A stretch of DNA of 63,862 nucleotides, filler included, from Octopus bimaculoides (lineage: Eukaryota): assembly GCF_001194135.2 (NCBI RefSeq). It is 5 parts of 5 records of this genome, joined end to end, with 100 filler letters (N's around TTAATTAATTAA, not from the genome) between each part and the next. Parts side by side here need not be neighbours in the genome. Positions count along the whole stretch, not along the records: positions 1 to 15,117 come from NC_068995.1; 4 more parts are not named here. One strand, 5' to 3'. Shown in pieces: positions 1-13,141 of this stretch; the stretch's first letter is position 1, and every line of letters starts with the position of its first letter. Under the pieces are notes generated by a model. That model was not told where the DNA came from and did no database searches. It worked only from the letters and a program-made list of their open reading frames with translations. The position numbers and the translations under genes were made by a program.

Positions 1-321
1 GTACATGCTTTTCTGTGTGTGTGTGTGTTTGTGTGTTGCATTCATTTCTCCCGGTAGTTTCAAGTGATTTTTTTTTTTTTTACCTTTTAAATACTCTCTG
101 TTGTAGCGATGTGAGAAACTACATCGACTTTGAAATTTAAATATATTTTTATACCTGATTTCATATTGATGATGCAATTAAGATTACTTCTCTCATGTTT
201 GTTTGATTTCCTTTTTCTTTTGTATTAGTCTCTTATTTGTTCTGTTTTCATTTGTTTTTTTTTGTTTTGTTTTTTTTTGCTTTAAAACAAAAACATTTCT
301 GTTTTTTTTTTTCTTTTGCAG

Positions 322-363
322 TGATTAACCACAATAATTATGTATGCATCAGTAAATATTTCG
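322..363 (+). CDS. Candidate 42-nt internal exon, phase 1/1, (V)INHNNYVCISKYF
   Basis: Long T-tract ending ttttgcAG, donor TTCG|gtatgt; only one of three frames is open. No homology recognised. Confidence 0.35.
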
Positions 364-1761
364 GTATGTAACACTGCCTATGTAAGTGTGCATGCGTGCG
401 TGTGTGCTTCTGTATGTGTGCATGCGTTTGTGAGCGTGAGTGCATGTATGCGTGATTGAATATTCATGTCGATGTAATCATAAATTTTACATTAATTCTT
501 TCAGAATAAATGTGTTAAAAATGCTTATATTTTATAAAGTATTGCGCTGGGTGTAATTTTTCTTGTTCTTTTATTCGAGTTGTTATTGTTGTTGTCGTCA
601 TCGTCGTTGTTTTTGTCGCCAATGTTTGTTGCTGTTGTTGTTGTTGTTGTTGTTGTTGCTGTTGCTGTTGTGACTATATTTTGTGTTGTTTTAATTCTCC
701 ATTCTTTGAGACGTCAGATTGTCGACTTGGTATCACACATTCCAACAACAAATTGGCAAGTTCGTACGCTGAGATAAAAAAATCTGCAATTTATAGTCGA
801 AGGCATCGTTGTATGGTTAAAATGATTCCCTCGCAGCGACACGGTTTCGAGTTCATCTGCGCCACCGATTCTTTTTTTTTTTTTAAACTCTAGGCTCGAG
901 TCGAATAATGCCTTATCNNNNNNNNNNNNNNNNNNNNNNNNNNNNNNNNNNNNNNNNNNNNNNNNNNNNNNNNNNNNNNNNNNNNNNNNNNNNNNNNNNN
1001 NNNNNNNNNNNNNNNNNNNNNNNNNNNNNNNNNNNNNNNNNNNNNNNNNNNNNNNNNNNNNNNNNNNNNNNNNNNNNNNNNNNNNNNNNNNNNNNNNNNN
1101 NNNNNNNNNNNNNNNNNNNNNNNNNNNNNNNNNNNNNNNNNNNNNNNNNNNNNNNNNNNNNNNNNNNNNNNNNNNNNNNNNNNNNNNNNNNNNNNNNNNN
1201 NNNNNNNNNNNNNNNNNNNNNNNNNNNNNNNNNNNNNNNNNNNNNNNNNNNNNNNNNNNNNNNNNNNNNNNNNNNNNNNNNNNNNNNNNNNNNNNNNNNN
1301 NNNNNNNNNNNNNNNNNNNNNNNNNNNNNNNNNNNNNNNNNNNNNNNNNNNNNNNNNNNNNNNNNNNNNNNNNNNNNNNNNNNNNNNNNNNNNNNNNNNN
1401 NNNNNNNNNNNNNNNNNNNNNNNNNNNNNNNNNNNNNNNNNNNNNNNNNNNNNNNNNNNNNNNNNNNNNNNNNNNNNNNNNNNNNNNNNNNNNNNNNNNN
1501 NNNNNNNNNNNNNNNNNNNNNNNNNNNNNNNNNNNNNNNNNNNNNNNNNNNNNNNNNNNNNNNNNNNNNNNNNNNNNNNNNNNNNNNNNNNNNNNNNNNN
1601 NNNNNNNNNNNNNNNNNNNTATATAATTATATGTATTTCTTCTATCTTAATGAATAAAAATTCTTCGGATAGAATAAATGGGTTAATAGAAACCAATGTA
1701 GCAAAGAACACAAATTAACTGTGGTGTAGTTCCTGTTTTTAAGGCATATATATATATAGAG

Positions 1762-1762
<1 letters not shown>

Positions 1763-1818
<56 letters not shown>
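1763..1818. repeat. (GATA)n microsatellite
   Basis: Perfect tandem GATA. Similar tracts at about 8893-8961, 12013-12054, 14625-14675, 49207-49260 and 57517-57576. Confidence 0.95.
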
Positions 1819-2584
1819 TTGATATTATTTTATATTGCCATAGTATAATAAATGTGCGTGGCAAGGGAATATTGATAAAATGAAGCACAGTTTATTACTT
1901 GGGTTGAAGAAAAAGACTGTAAGCCTGATAAGGTTTGAGTAGAAAGGCGTACCTGGAAACGCAGCAGGATTTTCTGAACGAAAATCTAGTTTTTCAGCCA
2001 CGAAGCCTTTCAGATACGTAATCTCGGTTGATGAATTAAAGAAATAAACGAAAGAATTAAATGTTTAGAGAATTGAAAGGTGCCAAAGGAAATGAGTCGT
2101 GGATAAAGATCATCACTGTAAACAGATTAACTAATTTCAGATATTAAATGGGGGTTTTCTCCCTTTGTAAAGTTAGAGCAGAGAACCAAATATTGTATTT
2201 CTACCATGCCTAGAAATCTCCTGAAAGATATATAATTTTAAGTTAAGATCAATTAAATAGTGAGATTCTATGGACAATCCGATAATTTATTTATATTATA
2301 ATATTACATGATATACTATGAATATAAGATAATATTATATAACATAAACACTTATTAAAGAAAACCATAAAAGCCATCAAATTGTTTCGACATATATGCA
2401 AACAATAACAGTTCCTTAATATATAAGTCATTTCAGGGTCATGGTTTAAAGACAGGGAATTGGATGTTTAACATACCCCTTTGAAGGATCTATTTTCCTC
2501 AGTTTGTTACTTTACTTTTTTATGTAAAGATATATATTTACATTTTCTATGAATAAAAATGAAATATTACCAGTAATCAGTACG

Positions 2585-2880
2585 ATAACCCTTTGTACTA
2601 TAGGAACAAGGTCTGAAATTTCTCAGGGAAGGACGCTAGTCATTTACAACAAGCACAGTACCCAACTTCGATCCCAAAAGGATGAAAGGTAAATTCAACT
2701 TTGACGGAATATGAACTCAGAATGTAGAGACGGACAAAATGCTGCTAAGTATTTCTTTCCGGTGTGCTAACGACTCAGCCAGCTCGACACCTTTTAAAGT
2801 AAAGCTGACTTCGACAGGATTTGAGCTCAGGGTGTAAAGAGCAACAAAGAATTTCCCCCGACGCTCAAACCATTCTGTCA
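2585..2880 (-). mobile_element. Two degenerate tandem fragments of SINE family B
   Basis: Diverged matches to cccgaaaggatgaaaggcaaagtcgacctcggcggaatttgaactcagaacgtaaag seen in better copies. Confidence 0.6.
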
Positions 2881-4665
2881 TTCCACCGGCCTATTAATCA
2901 ATATTATAATATACAATTAATTTAATTATTTTCCTGCTTTGTAGAATTTGAGCTAATATACAAAACCACATGGTTAATATTCGTTTTCTACGAGTGCTTA
3001 AAAGTATTTCTTTCAAAGAACACAGGTGGCGCTACTCGTACTGTAATTGAAAGAACTAAAAACATCGAATCGCAATCCTTTCGTCCTCTCCAGAGTTTAT
3101 ACTTCTACAATGATCTTAGAAGCTTAAAATGAAATATGTTCTGTTACATAATTATTTCATACGTTCGTTGCTGTGTTCTACTGTTTTCCGTAGTTCAATG
3201 ATTGCCAAATCATTACCAACAAATACTTTATTCAAGGTGTTGACTGATACGGAGACAATCTGACTGAGAAAGCATGTACATAACTCACAGCGTCTTTCTC
3301 TGGGAATTATGAAGTCCAGAGTAAAGTGAGAAATATATTCGCATATACAACTAAAGAATACACTTGCTGTATATTGTATTACTTCTAACTGAATTCAAGA
3401 ATATAAACTAGAAATCTTTAGAACACAGTACAAATAAAACAAAAACGCATTACATTATCAATGTTTGGCTTTGCCAGTTAATGTATTCCATGAAGATATT
3501 CCTCCTTCTTCCGCAACGTTTTTAAATGTCTTTATACGCTATTCTCTTTCTCAGCAGTTACAATTGCCCACGTCAACACCATAGATTCAATGCTATGTTT
3601 ATTTATCACTCACAGTAACTCTAGAATCCCCGAAACTGGAGTCCCCAATCGCCTTTGTTCCTGTCACACGTAAAACTAAGAACATGGTGACTGGACATAC
3701 TGTTTCTATATTTTTTTGTTTGCACATTTTATTTGATACTTCTCTCTGTTGGTTTCCATTTCCAAACCTTTTTTCCATCAAATCAATCGTTCCTTATTCA
3801 GTTGCAGATGTTTCTATGAATCTCAATCAAAGTCATGAAGGTGATTGTTACTTTGGAGATTATAGCAATATCTATGGTTTTCACACAAGCGAATTTAAGA
3901 ATAATCGACCGATGGTTTGAAAATCCCCCATCTTCTAACATAAAGATAGGTGATCAGGATTAGGTTCTAGCTGGGTTTACATTCAGAGGTTTTAAGGATA
4001 TAAATACGATACACTTATAAAAATTTAGACGCAGCCTTAATAAAAGTCTTGAGAAGTAACTGTATTGAAGGGGCAGTGAGGTAACTACTGTAAAACTGTG
4101 GAACATTGTACTTGTTGGGTTGAGGGAGACTTCTTTTGGTTGTGTTGAAAGAGACCTCCTGTAGTGTTATTCAATAGCGATGTTAATGACAATATTCAGT
4201 GGTAACATTTGTGGAGATGTTATGAGAAAACTGCAGTGGGGAGGTTAACGCATATGCGAGTGGCGGGGGTTGAGATTTATTTGTGATGGATGTGTTTGAG
4301 AGTTAACCCTTGTTGATGGAAGAGACGCAACTCTAGTGATGATGATGAGAAGCAAATTTAAGTGATTTGAGGTAACACTCAGATGTTGAGAGACTACACT
4401 TTGGTGAAGATATTGAGAAGTAACAGGCTAGAAGAAGTCCTGAGTGGTAAGTGGAGATGAAGTGTTTAGGTAAATACTTCAGAGTTGATTATATTTATGT
4501 CTTAGTAGCACTTGACAAATACCATAGATACACAGATAAATATAATGGTAAGGAGGAAGGTAAAAAGGAATGTAGTCAGATAGACAGATACACCGATGTA
4601 TACATACACATGCATATATACATACATACACATGAATAAATAATAGCTAGGTTGGGTTATGAACG

Positions 4666-4986
4666 ATAAAGTCGACCACGGTGGAATTTGAACTCAGAAC
4701 GTAAAGACAGACGAAATACTGCTAAGCATTTCGCCCGGTTTGCTAACGTTTCTTATTTCTTTATTGCCCACAAGGGGCTAAACATAGAGGGACAAACAAG
4801 GACAGACAAAGGTATTAAGTCGATTACATCGACCCCAGTGCGTAACTGGTATATAATTTATCGACCCTGAAAGAATGAAAGGCAAAGTCGACCTCGGCGG
4901 AATTTGAACTCAGAACGTAACGACAGACGAAACACCGCTAAGCATTTCGCCTGGCGTGCTAAAGTTTCTGCCAGCTCGCCGCCTTA
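4666..4986 (-). mobile_element. SINE family B: partial copy plus adjacent full copy (tRNA-derived head, Meta-like central domain)
   Basis: Minus strand reads ggcggcgagctggcagaaactttagc (A-box-like)...gagttcaaattcc (B-box) then gcctttcattctttcagggtcgataaattatatacc, which resembles the MetaSINE domain (from memory, needs alignment). Confidence 0.85.
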
Positions 4987-5450
4987 CATATGTANNNNNN
5001 NNNNNNNNNNNNNNNNNNNNNNNNNNNNNNNNNNNNNNNNNNNNNNNNNNNNNNNNNNNNNNNNNNNNNNNNNNNNNNNNNNNNNNNNNNNNNNNNNNNN
5101 NNNNNNNNNNNNNNNNNNNNNNNNNNNNNNNNNNNNNNNNNNNNNNNNNNNNNNNNNNNNNNNNNNNNNNNNNNNNNNNNNNNNNNNNNNNNNNNNNNNN
5201 NNNNNNNNNNNNNNNNNNNNNNNNNNNNNNNNNNNNNNNNNNNNNNNNNNNNNNNNNNNNNNNNNNNNNNNNNNNNNNNNNNNNNNNNNNNNNNNNNNNN
5301 NNNNNNNNNNNNNNNNNNNNNNNNNNNNNNNNNNNNNNNNNNNNNNNNNNNNNNNNNNNNNNNNNNNNNNNNNNNNNNNNNNNNNNNNNNNNNNNNNNNN
5401 NNNNNNNNNNNNNNNNNNNNNNNNNNNNNNNNNNNNNTATATATATATAT

Positions 5451-5555
5451 ATTAAAGGCCTGTGATATGCAGGAGACCGACTGGGAGAGCAATGCTTGTC
5501 ATCGAGACAGATGGAGAAAGCAGGTTAAGGAGGGGGTCGACACCTTTGAAAGAGC
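5451..5555 (+). mobile_element. RTE (BovB-like) LINE ORF C-terminal fragment
   Basis: Translates LKACDMQETDWESNACHRDRWRKQVKEGVDTFER, typical of RTE C-termini; 5' part lies in the gap. Confidence 0.7.
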
Positions 5556-6105
5556 ACTACATACATACATACGATCACTGGTGCGTATATTTGCCAGCTT
5601 TAAGTAATATAAGATAAAGACAATCACATAACGTCGCCATATTCTGCATAAAATGCTTCAAAAAGCTGTTGTCGGTCTTCAGTTGATACAGGAATGTTCT
5701 TTAACAAATCTGTGTTGCCTTCAAGATATTCAGAAGATGGTGTGGAGGTACAAAATGATACAAGACGCCGTATGAACTTAATTAAACCAGAAAACGCTGA
5801 CATCCCGAATGCGGTATAATATATGTGTATATACGATGCTTAAAGCAGTATGGGAGAACTTATTCATGTGTGTCGTTAATGTTTACAGTATATTATGTAA
5901 TTTATATTAAAGTGTAATAAAATAAATTTGATATATGTGCATATGTGCTTGTATTTGTGTACACACATATGTATATATATTAAATATATACCTCTATACA
6001 TGTATATATGTGTGTATATATATATACATATATACATACATACATATATATNNNNNNNNNNNNNNNNNNNNNNNNNNNNNNNNNNNNNNNNNNNNNNNNN
6101 NNNNN

Positions 6106-6146
<41 letters not shown>

Positions 6147-6919
6147 GCGTTGTAATGAGAAGATGAGAAGTAGATTAGAATTCATAGAGATAAATTGAAT
6201 GGTAGATGGCTGGTGAGACGGAGTGGGTGGTTGGTAGGTTGGATGCGTAAGAGACGCTTGATAAATCGGTAGGAACAATACGACAGAATTTTCTATGAGA
6301 TTTGTTATGATATAATAGAAGATATATAACAAATAAATTATGACAATAATCATAATAGTTGTTTATTGGAAGATCTATAGGTCGTAGTGTTAAATTTAGC
6401 GTGTTTGATATATTTAATAGTAATTTTCATCTGTTATGTATCATTACAACTATCGTCTTTGTTTTTCGCGGCAGCATTGTCTCTGGACGCTTTGATTAGT
6501 TATTGAACAGCTAACAGACATAAATTTAATACATTAAATCCAGATTTATCGTTTCTTTAACACGATAATAACTTACCGTTAAGATATGTATATATTATTG
6601 CTGTCGTAATAAATTCTATATGTGATCACTTATTTCTATGAGAACTATAACCGTGATTTCTAACTTTGGCGCAAGGCCACATATTTAAGCTATTACTGGT
6701 GTGTGGTGGTGATGTTGTAGTTGTTATTGTTGGTGGTGGTGGTGGTCGTCGTCGTCGTGGAGATGTAATTGTGGATTTCAGGGGTTTCCAGTAATTCACT
6801 GGTACTTAATTAATCGATCACATAATAACAATCATTGGTAAAACTATTGGCGGTTAACATCAGGGACGTAAAGTAAATTAAATGAAATATCGATTTCGAT
6901 CATTATCAGTAAATGATAG

Positions 6920-7054
6920 AGGCGCAGGCGTGACTGTGTGATAAGAAGTTTGCTTCCCAACCACATGGCTCCTGTTTCAGTCCCACTGTGTGGCACCTTG
7001 GGCAGATGTCTTCTACCATAACTCCGGGCCGACTAAGCCTTTGTGAGCGGCATT
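6920..7054 (+). mobile_element. SINE family A, 5' half (tRNA head plus CORE-like segment)
   Basis: ggcgcaggcgtgactgtgtgataag...ttcagtcccactgtgtggcaccttgggcagatgtcttctac matches the copy at 60265. Confidence 0.85.
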
Positions 7055-7059
7055 TCCCC

Positions 7060-7574
7060 AGTCTTTATGTTCCGAATTTAAATGTGGAACCTAAAGACTA
7101 AAACAATACCTGCTGTTATAGGTTCCCTAGTAATGAAAATAAAAGGGACTGATTGCTATTTAGCTCAGATACCAGGAAATCCAAATATGGAAGACGTTTT
7201 TTAAAAAAACAGTGTTCATGGGAACTGCTCATATCCTACGAAAAATATTGTCTATGTAATCCACAAAACATCTTAATCTGTAAACAATGTCAAAATACTT
7301 TTAAATGTACATAATAGCGAACATTTTCACCTGTCATCTTAACATCACACTATCATCTTATAATCAAATTACTTTTAGAACAAACTTCTAAATTTCTTAT
7401 GTTTTCTCAGACATTCTCTAGAATAACACTCTATGCAAAACCAAAATATGGCACCCTAGGCATAACACCCACTTGAACTTCTAACTTGTTGTCTCTTGAG
7501 GTCTCTGGGTGAGAGTTGGAGTCAGCTTGTATAAATACAAAACAAAGGCCAAACATATTAATAATAATAATAAT
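7060..7574 (+). mobile_element. R4/Dong-like RLE non-LTR retrotransposon 3' end with 3' UTR and (TAA)n tail
   Basis: Translates WNLKTKTIPAVIGSL...TDCYLAQIPGNPNMEDV..KTVFMGTAHILRKILSM* (stop 7257-7259); the GTAHILRK terminal motif is typical of R4/Dong. The UTR end recurs at about 46420-46505. Confidence 0.8.
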
Positions 7575-8044
7575 CCTTTCTACAATAAGTGTAAGGTCTG
7601 AATCTATGAGGGTCGGGGGCAATTCTATTTCATCGACTCCCAGTGAGTTACTGGTACTTATTTCATTGACCCCGAAAGGATGAAAGGCAAAGTCGACCTC
7701 GGTGAAATTTGAAATCAGAACGTAAAGACAAAGACGAAATACCACTAAGTATTTTGGCCGGCGTGCTAACAATTCTACCAGCTCACCGCCTTACCGATAA
7801 TAATAATAATAATAATAATAGTCCTTTCTAATATAGGCACAAGGACTGAGATTTTGGGGGAGGGGGCTCAGTCGATTTGATCGAGCCAAGTATGCAACTG
7901 GTAGTTAATTTATCGACCCTAAAAGGATGGAAGGCAAAGTCGAACTCGGCGGAATTTGAACTCAGAACGCAGCAGCGGGTGAAATATTGCTAAGCTTTTC
8001 GCCCGGCGTGCTAATGTTTCTGCCAGCTCGCCGCCTTCATGATG

Positions 8045-8097
<53 letters not shown>

Positions 8098-8309
8098 TTA
8101 TTCTTTTATTAGCCACAAGGGCACCAATTTAGGAAGAAGGAATGTGTCGATTACATGGACCCCAGTGCGTAACTGGTGCTTAATTTATCGACCCCGAAAA
8201 GATGAAAGGCAAAGTCGACCTCGGCGGAATTTGAACTCAGAACTTAGCAGCAGACGAAATACCGTTAAGCTTTTCGCCGGCGTGCTAACGATTTTGCCAG
8301 CTGACCGCT

Positions 8310-8313
<4 letters not shown>
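7575..8313 (-). mobile_element. Three head-to-tail SINE family B copies (about 7575-7793, 7822-8037, 8097-8313) separated by (TAA)n tracts
   Basis: Three repeats of ...tatcgaccccgaaaggatgaaaggcaaagtcgacctcggcggaatttgaactcagaac...gccagctcgccgcctt. Confidence 0.9.
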
Positions 8314-8395
<82 letters not shown>

Positions 8396-8425
8396 TACAA
8401 TAATAATAATAATAATAATAATAAT
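8311..8425. repeat. (TAA)n microsatellite
   Basis: About 38 units; produces the spurious poly-N and poly-I ORFs. Confidence 0.95.
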
Positions 8426-8892
8426 GACGATGATGATGGTGATGCAAGAAGAACATAAAGATGAGGAATGCGAGAAGAGTATGTAGGAGAGGGTGAGAGG
8501 GTGGGAGGGTGTGGTGATGGAAAGAGCATTTATGGAGTGGACGTCTGACATATTTAACAAAAGTTCAATGGTTCCCCTCACATTAAAATTTTATATTTCC
8601 AAATTATGTGTTTAAATGTCTGTATGTACGCATATGTGTGTATCTTTGTGTACGTTTATGAATATGTGTGTGTGTGCGTGCGTGTATATGTGTGTGACTG
8701 CAGATATATTAGACGTCATGGTATATTAAGAATTCAAATGTCATAATACTTCATAGTTCTCTAATTCGCTATACACACACACATACACACACAGAGACAC
8801 GCATATACAAACATACATACAAGCACACGTTATGTATGTCAGCATATATTTATGTACACATAGACAGACAGACAGAGAGACAGACAGACAGG

Positions 8893-8961
<69 letters not shown>

Positions 8962-9189
8962 GGTTAAAGTTATATATATACATATAATGCCAAGCTTGTC
9001 TAGCCAGCGGTATGACGTCATTCGAAAGTTGAAACAATACGAAGCGCATCGTGACCAGCGATGTATAACATCCGGTAATCTGGTCGATATCGTGATACCG
9101 TGACGTATACATAGCATACATATATACGTCATTGTATCATGTATATATGTACGTATGTATGTATGTGTGTTTGTCCTCTTCGTTTTGTT

Positions 9190-9485
9190 ATCCTGTTCCA
9201 CACTGTTCTGGCCAGCGCAACAGACCACATCGGAAAATAATATTTGGAAGACATTCTCTCGCAGTTGGCAATGATATGGTTGATACTTTAAGTCGTAGTA
9301 GTGCACAGCCTACATTTCGTGTCAGTCAATGCTTTCTGCATTTTAAGTTGCAGGTACTTCTCTCGTTCTTGAATGTCATGGAGGCAACATTCAAAGTGGG
9401 ATGCCATTACTCCACCCGATGTGTTTGTTATGATCAATTCCTTCTGTGGTCGGTGTCTTTGGTGCCAAGGACCCATACACTATTT
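9190..9485 (-). mobile_element. RLE-type (R4/NeSL-like) LINE fragment with CCHC zinc knuckle
   Basis: Minus strand gives SHFECCLHDIQEREKYL...DTKCRLC and, after a frameshift, INHIIANCERMSSKYYF, matching C-x2-C...H-x4-C. Confidence 0.7.
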
Positions 9486-9489
9486 TGAC

Positions 9490-9615
9490 AGACTTCTTTC
9501 AATTTCCGTCTACCAAATCCACTCACAAGGTTTTGGTCGGACCAAGGTTATAGTAGAAGACACTTGTACAAGGTGCCACGCTTGAGACTGAACCCGAAGC
9601 CATGTGGCTGGGAAT
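9490..9615 (-). mobile_element. SINE family A, 5' half
   Basis: ttccgtctaccaaatccactcacaagg...gactgaacccgaagccatgtgg is the reverse complement of the family A head. Confidence 0.8.
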
Positions 9616-11468
9616 ATATAAAACAATATTGAGCCTAGTAGACTCATTGTTACAAAGTTGTGGCCCACGGACACAAAACAGCGGCGATGTCATCACACGA
9701 AACTTCATCCTCTACTTTGGTTTTTTCTGATACCGTAGCCATCGAAATATTCGCAATCGCTATATTACGTAGAGGTTATCTTTAACTAAATTGGATTGAT
9801 AGATTTACAAAACTAAATGATTATATCCACACACACAAAAAAAAATTATATATAAATGGCGTAAACAAGGAAGATAATAAAATAGATAAATAACTTAAAA
9901 CGCGTAGAACAATTAGGATCTCTTGTATAAAATAAACAAATGAAGAAATGGCCGTTTCGATCGGTGTGGAGTGGATAGAGAAGATTAGAGAGGTTATCAA
10001 TGAAGCTTCTTTTTGTTGTTGTAATTGAAACAGTGTAGATCTAAGTAAATATTGACTGGTCGTATCTAGTGCATTTAAATTAATAGACCATCAAACAAAA
10101 ACGGACTTTATCTCTAAAGTAAATACCACGATGCTTATCAAAAGAATTGTGGCGACGTAGAATTGGGAGCCACTTTTATGAACAACATCGAAAAGAAAAC
10201 AAACAACGAAAAAAAAATAAAAGAAATACACGAGGTAGAATGCGTGTTTTTGTACATATACATAGACATACATATATATTATATATACATACATACATAT
10301 ACATGTATGTGTGTTTCTTTGTGTGTGTGTGTGTATGAATACATCGACAAACTACAAGAGCCGAACGAATTAAATGTCTACCTGATTATTGCAGCAGAGC
10401 TGTGTTTTGGTATTTAAACTCTAGCACTATTGTGGCCATGAAACAGCGCTTTTTAGCTGTGTGAGACAGTCGTATTGTAACTGTGGAAGCCATTTCTATT
10501 AGGGCCATATAACGCAATTCCATCGTAGTTAGAGATGTTTAATCCAGTCCTGTTGTGGCTCTGTAAAACAGTAATATTAGCACTGCATAATCCATTCTAT
10601 TGGGACATTTTGAAAAAGCAGGTCTATTACGACGGATTAAGGCAGTTTTATTAGAGCTATGTAATACGGTTTTCCTGAGTTACGTAAGGTTGTTCTATCG
10701 TAACTCTGTAAGTCAGTTCAATTGTAATTGTAGAAGCAAGTTTTATTGTAGTTGTGTAAGCGAGTTCTACTAGCATCGTGTAAGCAGCATTGGATTAACC
10801 ATAAAGTAAAATAAGTACATGCTTAGGACATCGGGGGAATTGGTGGGATGGGCACCATAGAAATGGTAAATGGTTTGTATTTTTATAATTCTTTATTTTA
10901 CTGTTGTAATCTTAGTTGCTGCTTCGTGAAAGAAATGTCTGCGAGTCGTTGTAATTGGTATATTGTATATGTGTGTGCATATGTGTGTGTATGTGTGTAT
11001 GTGTGTGTAAGCCACTCACCTGATGACGTGCAGGTATACCTTTGTAACTGAATCATATTTATTTATACAACATTTTTGTAATAGAATGAAATGGAAAACT
11101 GAGGTACTAACAGCTGTTGTCAATGCACAGAAACAATTGCTGTGTTTCTGATTAAAGCCTGCTCATTCCTTCTTCTCTTATTGTTTTATGGCTTTATATA
11201 TATATATATATATATATATATNNNNNNNNNNNNNNNNNNNNNNNNNNNNNNNNNNNNNNNNNNNNNNNNNNNNNNNNNNNNNNNNNNNNNNNNNNNNNNN
11301 NNNNNNNNNNNNNNNNNNNNNNNNNNNNNNNNNNNNNNNNNNNNNNNNNNNNNNNNNNNNNNNNNNNNNNNNNNNNNNNNNNNNNNNNNNNNNNNNNNNN
11401 NNNNNNNNNNNNNNNNNNNNNNNNNNNNNNNNNNNNNNNNNNNNNNNNNNNNNNNNNNNNNNNNNNGA

Positions 11469-11507
<39 letters not shown>

Positions 11508-12013
11508 CATACATGTAGTTTTAGGTATATTTTTGTACATTTATGTGTGTGAGTGGTTGTGTGTCTGTGTGTCTGTGTTTGTGCGTATACATACATATAT
11601 ATTTGTATATAAACATATGTGTATGTATTTATAGAGTTGTATGTGTGTCTCTGTTTTCTTCTATTCTACCACAGCACCCTTAATGGTTATCACGGCGCCA
11701 TACCACCATAACCGCGCGTTGAGGTTCTTTTTTTTTTATTTATTACGAAACTGTGGCGCCATTCAGGTGGTTCGTACAAATTAAGTGAGCGTTAACAGTT
11801 GACCGAACATTATCAATTGTTAATGTAGTGTATTACAGAACATTGCATTTTAATATTCGATTCTTACAAATAATATCCTTCACTCATCATCTCTGCCCAG
11901 CTTTCTCATCCTCCTTGGTTCTCTTTCAAACATATAACCTATTTCGAACTATATACGATGTCGACTCTCTCATTCTATCCCACTGCTTCTTTATCTATTT
12001 CTCTCTCCCCCTC

Positions 12014-12055
<42 letters not shown>

Positions 12056-12237
12056 AATATGTCTATCTATATCTATCTATATCTCTCTTACACATTTCTC
12101 AAATGTCTTGTTTTACAATTTGTTTCAGTCAATCTCCTTCTTGTGTATTTCTCATTTCTTCTCTTCGGTCTCTCAACTCTTATCCACATTCTGTAGAAAT
12201 TCATTAAATATATTTATATATGCGTGAATGTGAATGC

Positions 12238-12288
<51 letters not shown>

Positions 12289-12504
12289 TATATATGTATA
12301 TATATGTATGTATATATGTATTTAATTTATTAATAGATAGATAGATTAATAAACCCATGAATATATGTATNNNNNNNNNNNNNNNNNNNNNNNNNNNNNN
12401 NNNNNNNNNNNNNNNNNNNNNNNNNNNNNNNNNNNNNNNNNNNNNNNNNNNNNNNNNNNNNNNNNNNNNNNNNNNNNNNNNNNNNNNNNNNNNNNNNNNN
12501 NNNN

Positions 12505-12536
<32 letters not shown>

Positions 12537-12969
12537 AAAGTGTAAGAGAGACATACATATATGCATTCATACATGCAACATGCATATATGTATGTACATA
12601 TATAAATATATATGCATATGTATATGTATAAGATTAATTATGTGTGTGTGTGTGTGTGAATGTATAAAAACAGAAAGAAGCATATTCACGCAGGCGCACG
12701 TACAGACACATATGTGTACACACGTAAATATATGTATTGGTTTGTGTGTGTGTGTCTACGTGTGTAATATATAGGCTCAGTTACATACATAAATGGAATG
12801 TGTATGTTCACAGACATATACACGTGTAAACATGTGAAAGCCAGTGACTTGAATACATACATTTGTCAATTCACGTTTACACATACACAACAGCCTTATA
12901 TATATATCAACGTTCGTATGTCTATAGATACTCACACACACGCACATACAAGCAAACACGCACACATTT

Positions 12970-13064
<95 letters not shown>

Positions 13065-13141
13065 TGTGGGTGTGGGTGTGTGTGTGTGGGTATACAAACG
13101 TGTACACATACACATTTTCGTCTCTTTATTTCTCCCTTCAG

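Noticed and set aside
7418-7470. Exon-like segment TFSRITLYAKPKYGTL after a good acceptor
   Set aside because: Lies in the 3' UTR of the R4/Dong-like LINE and has no convincing donor.
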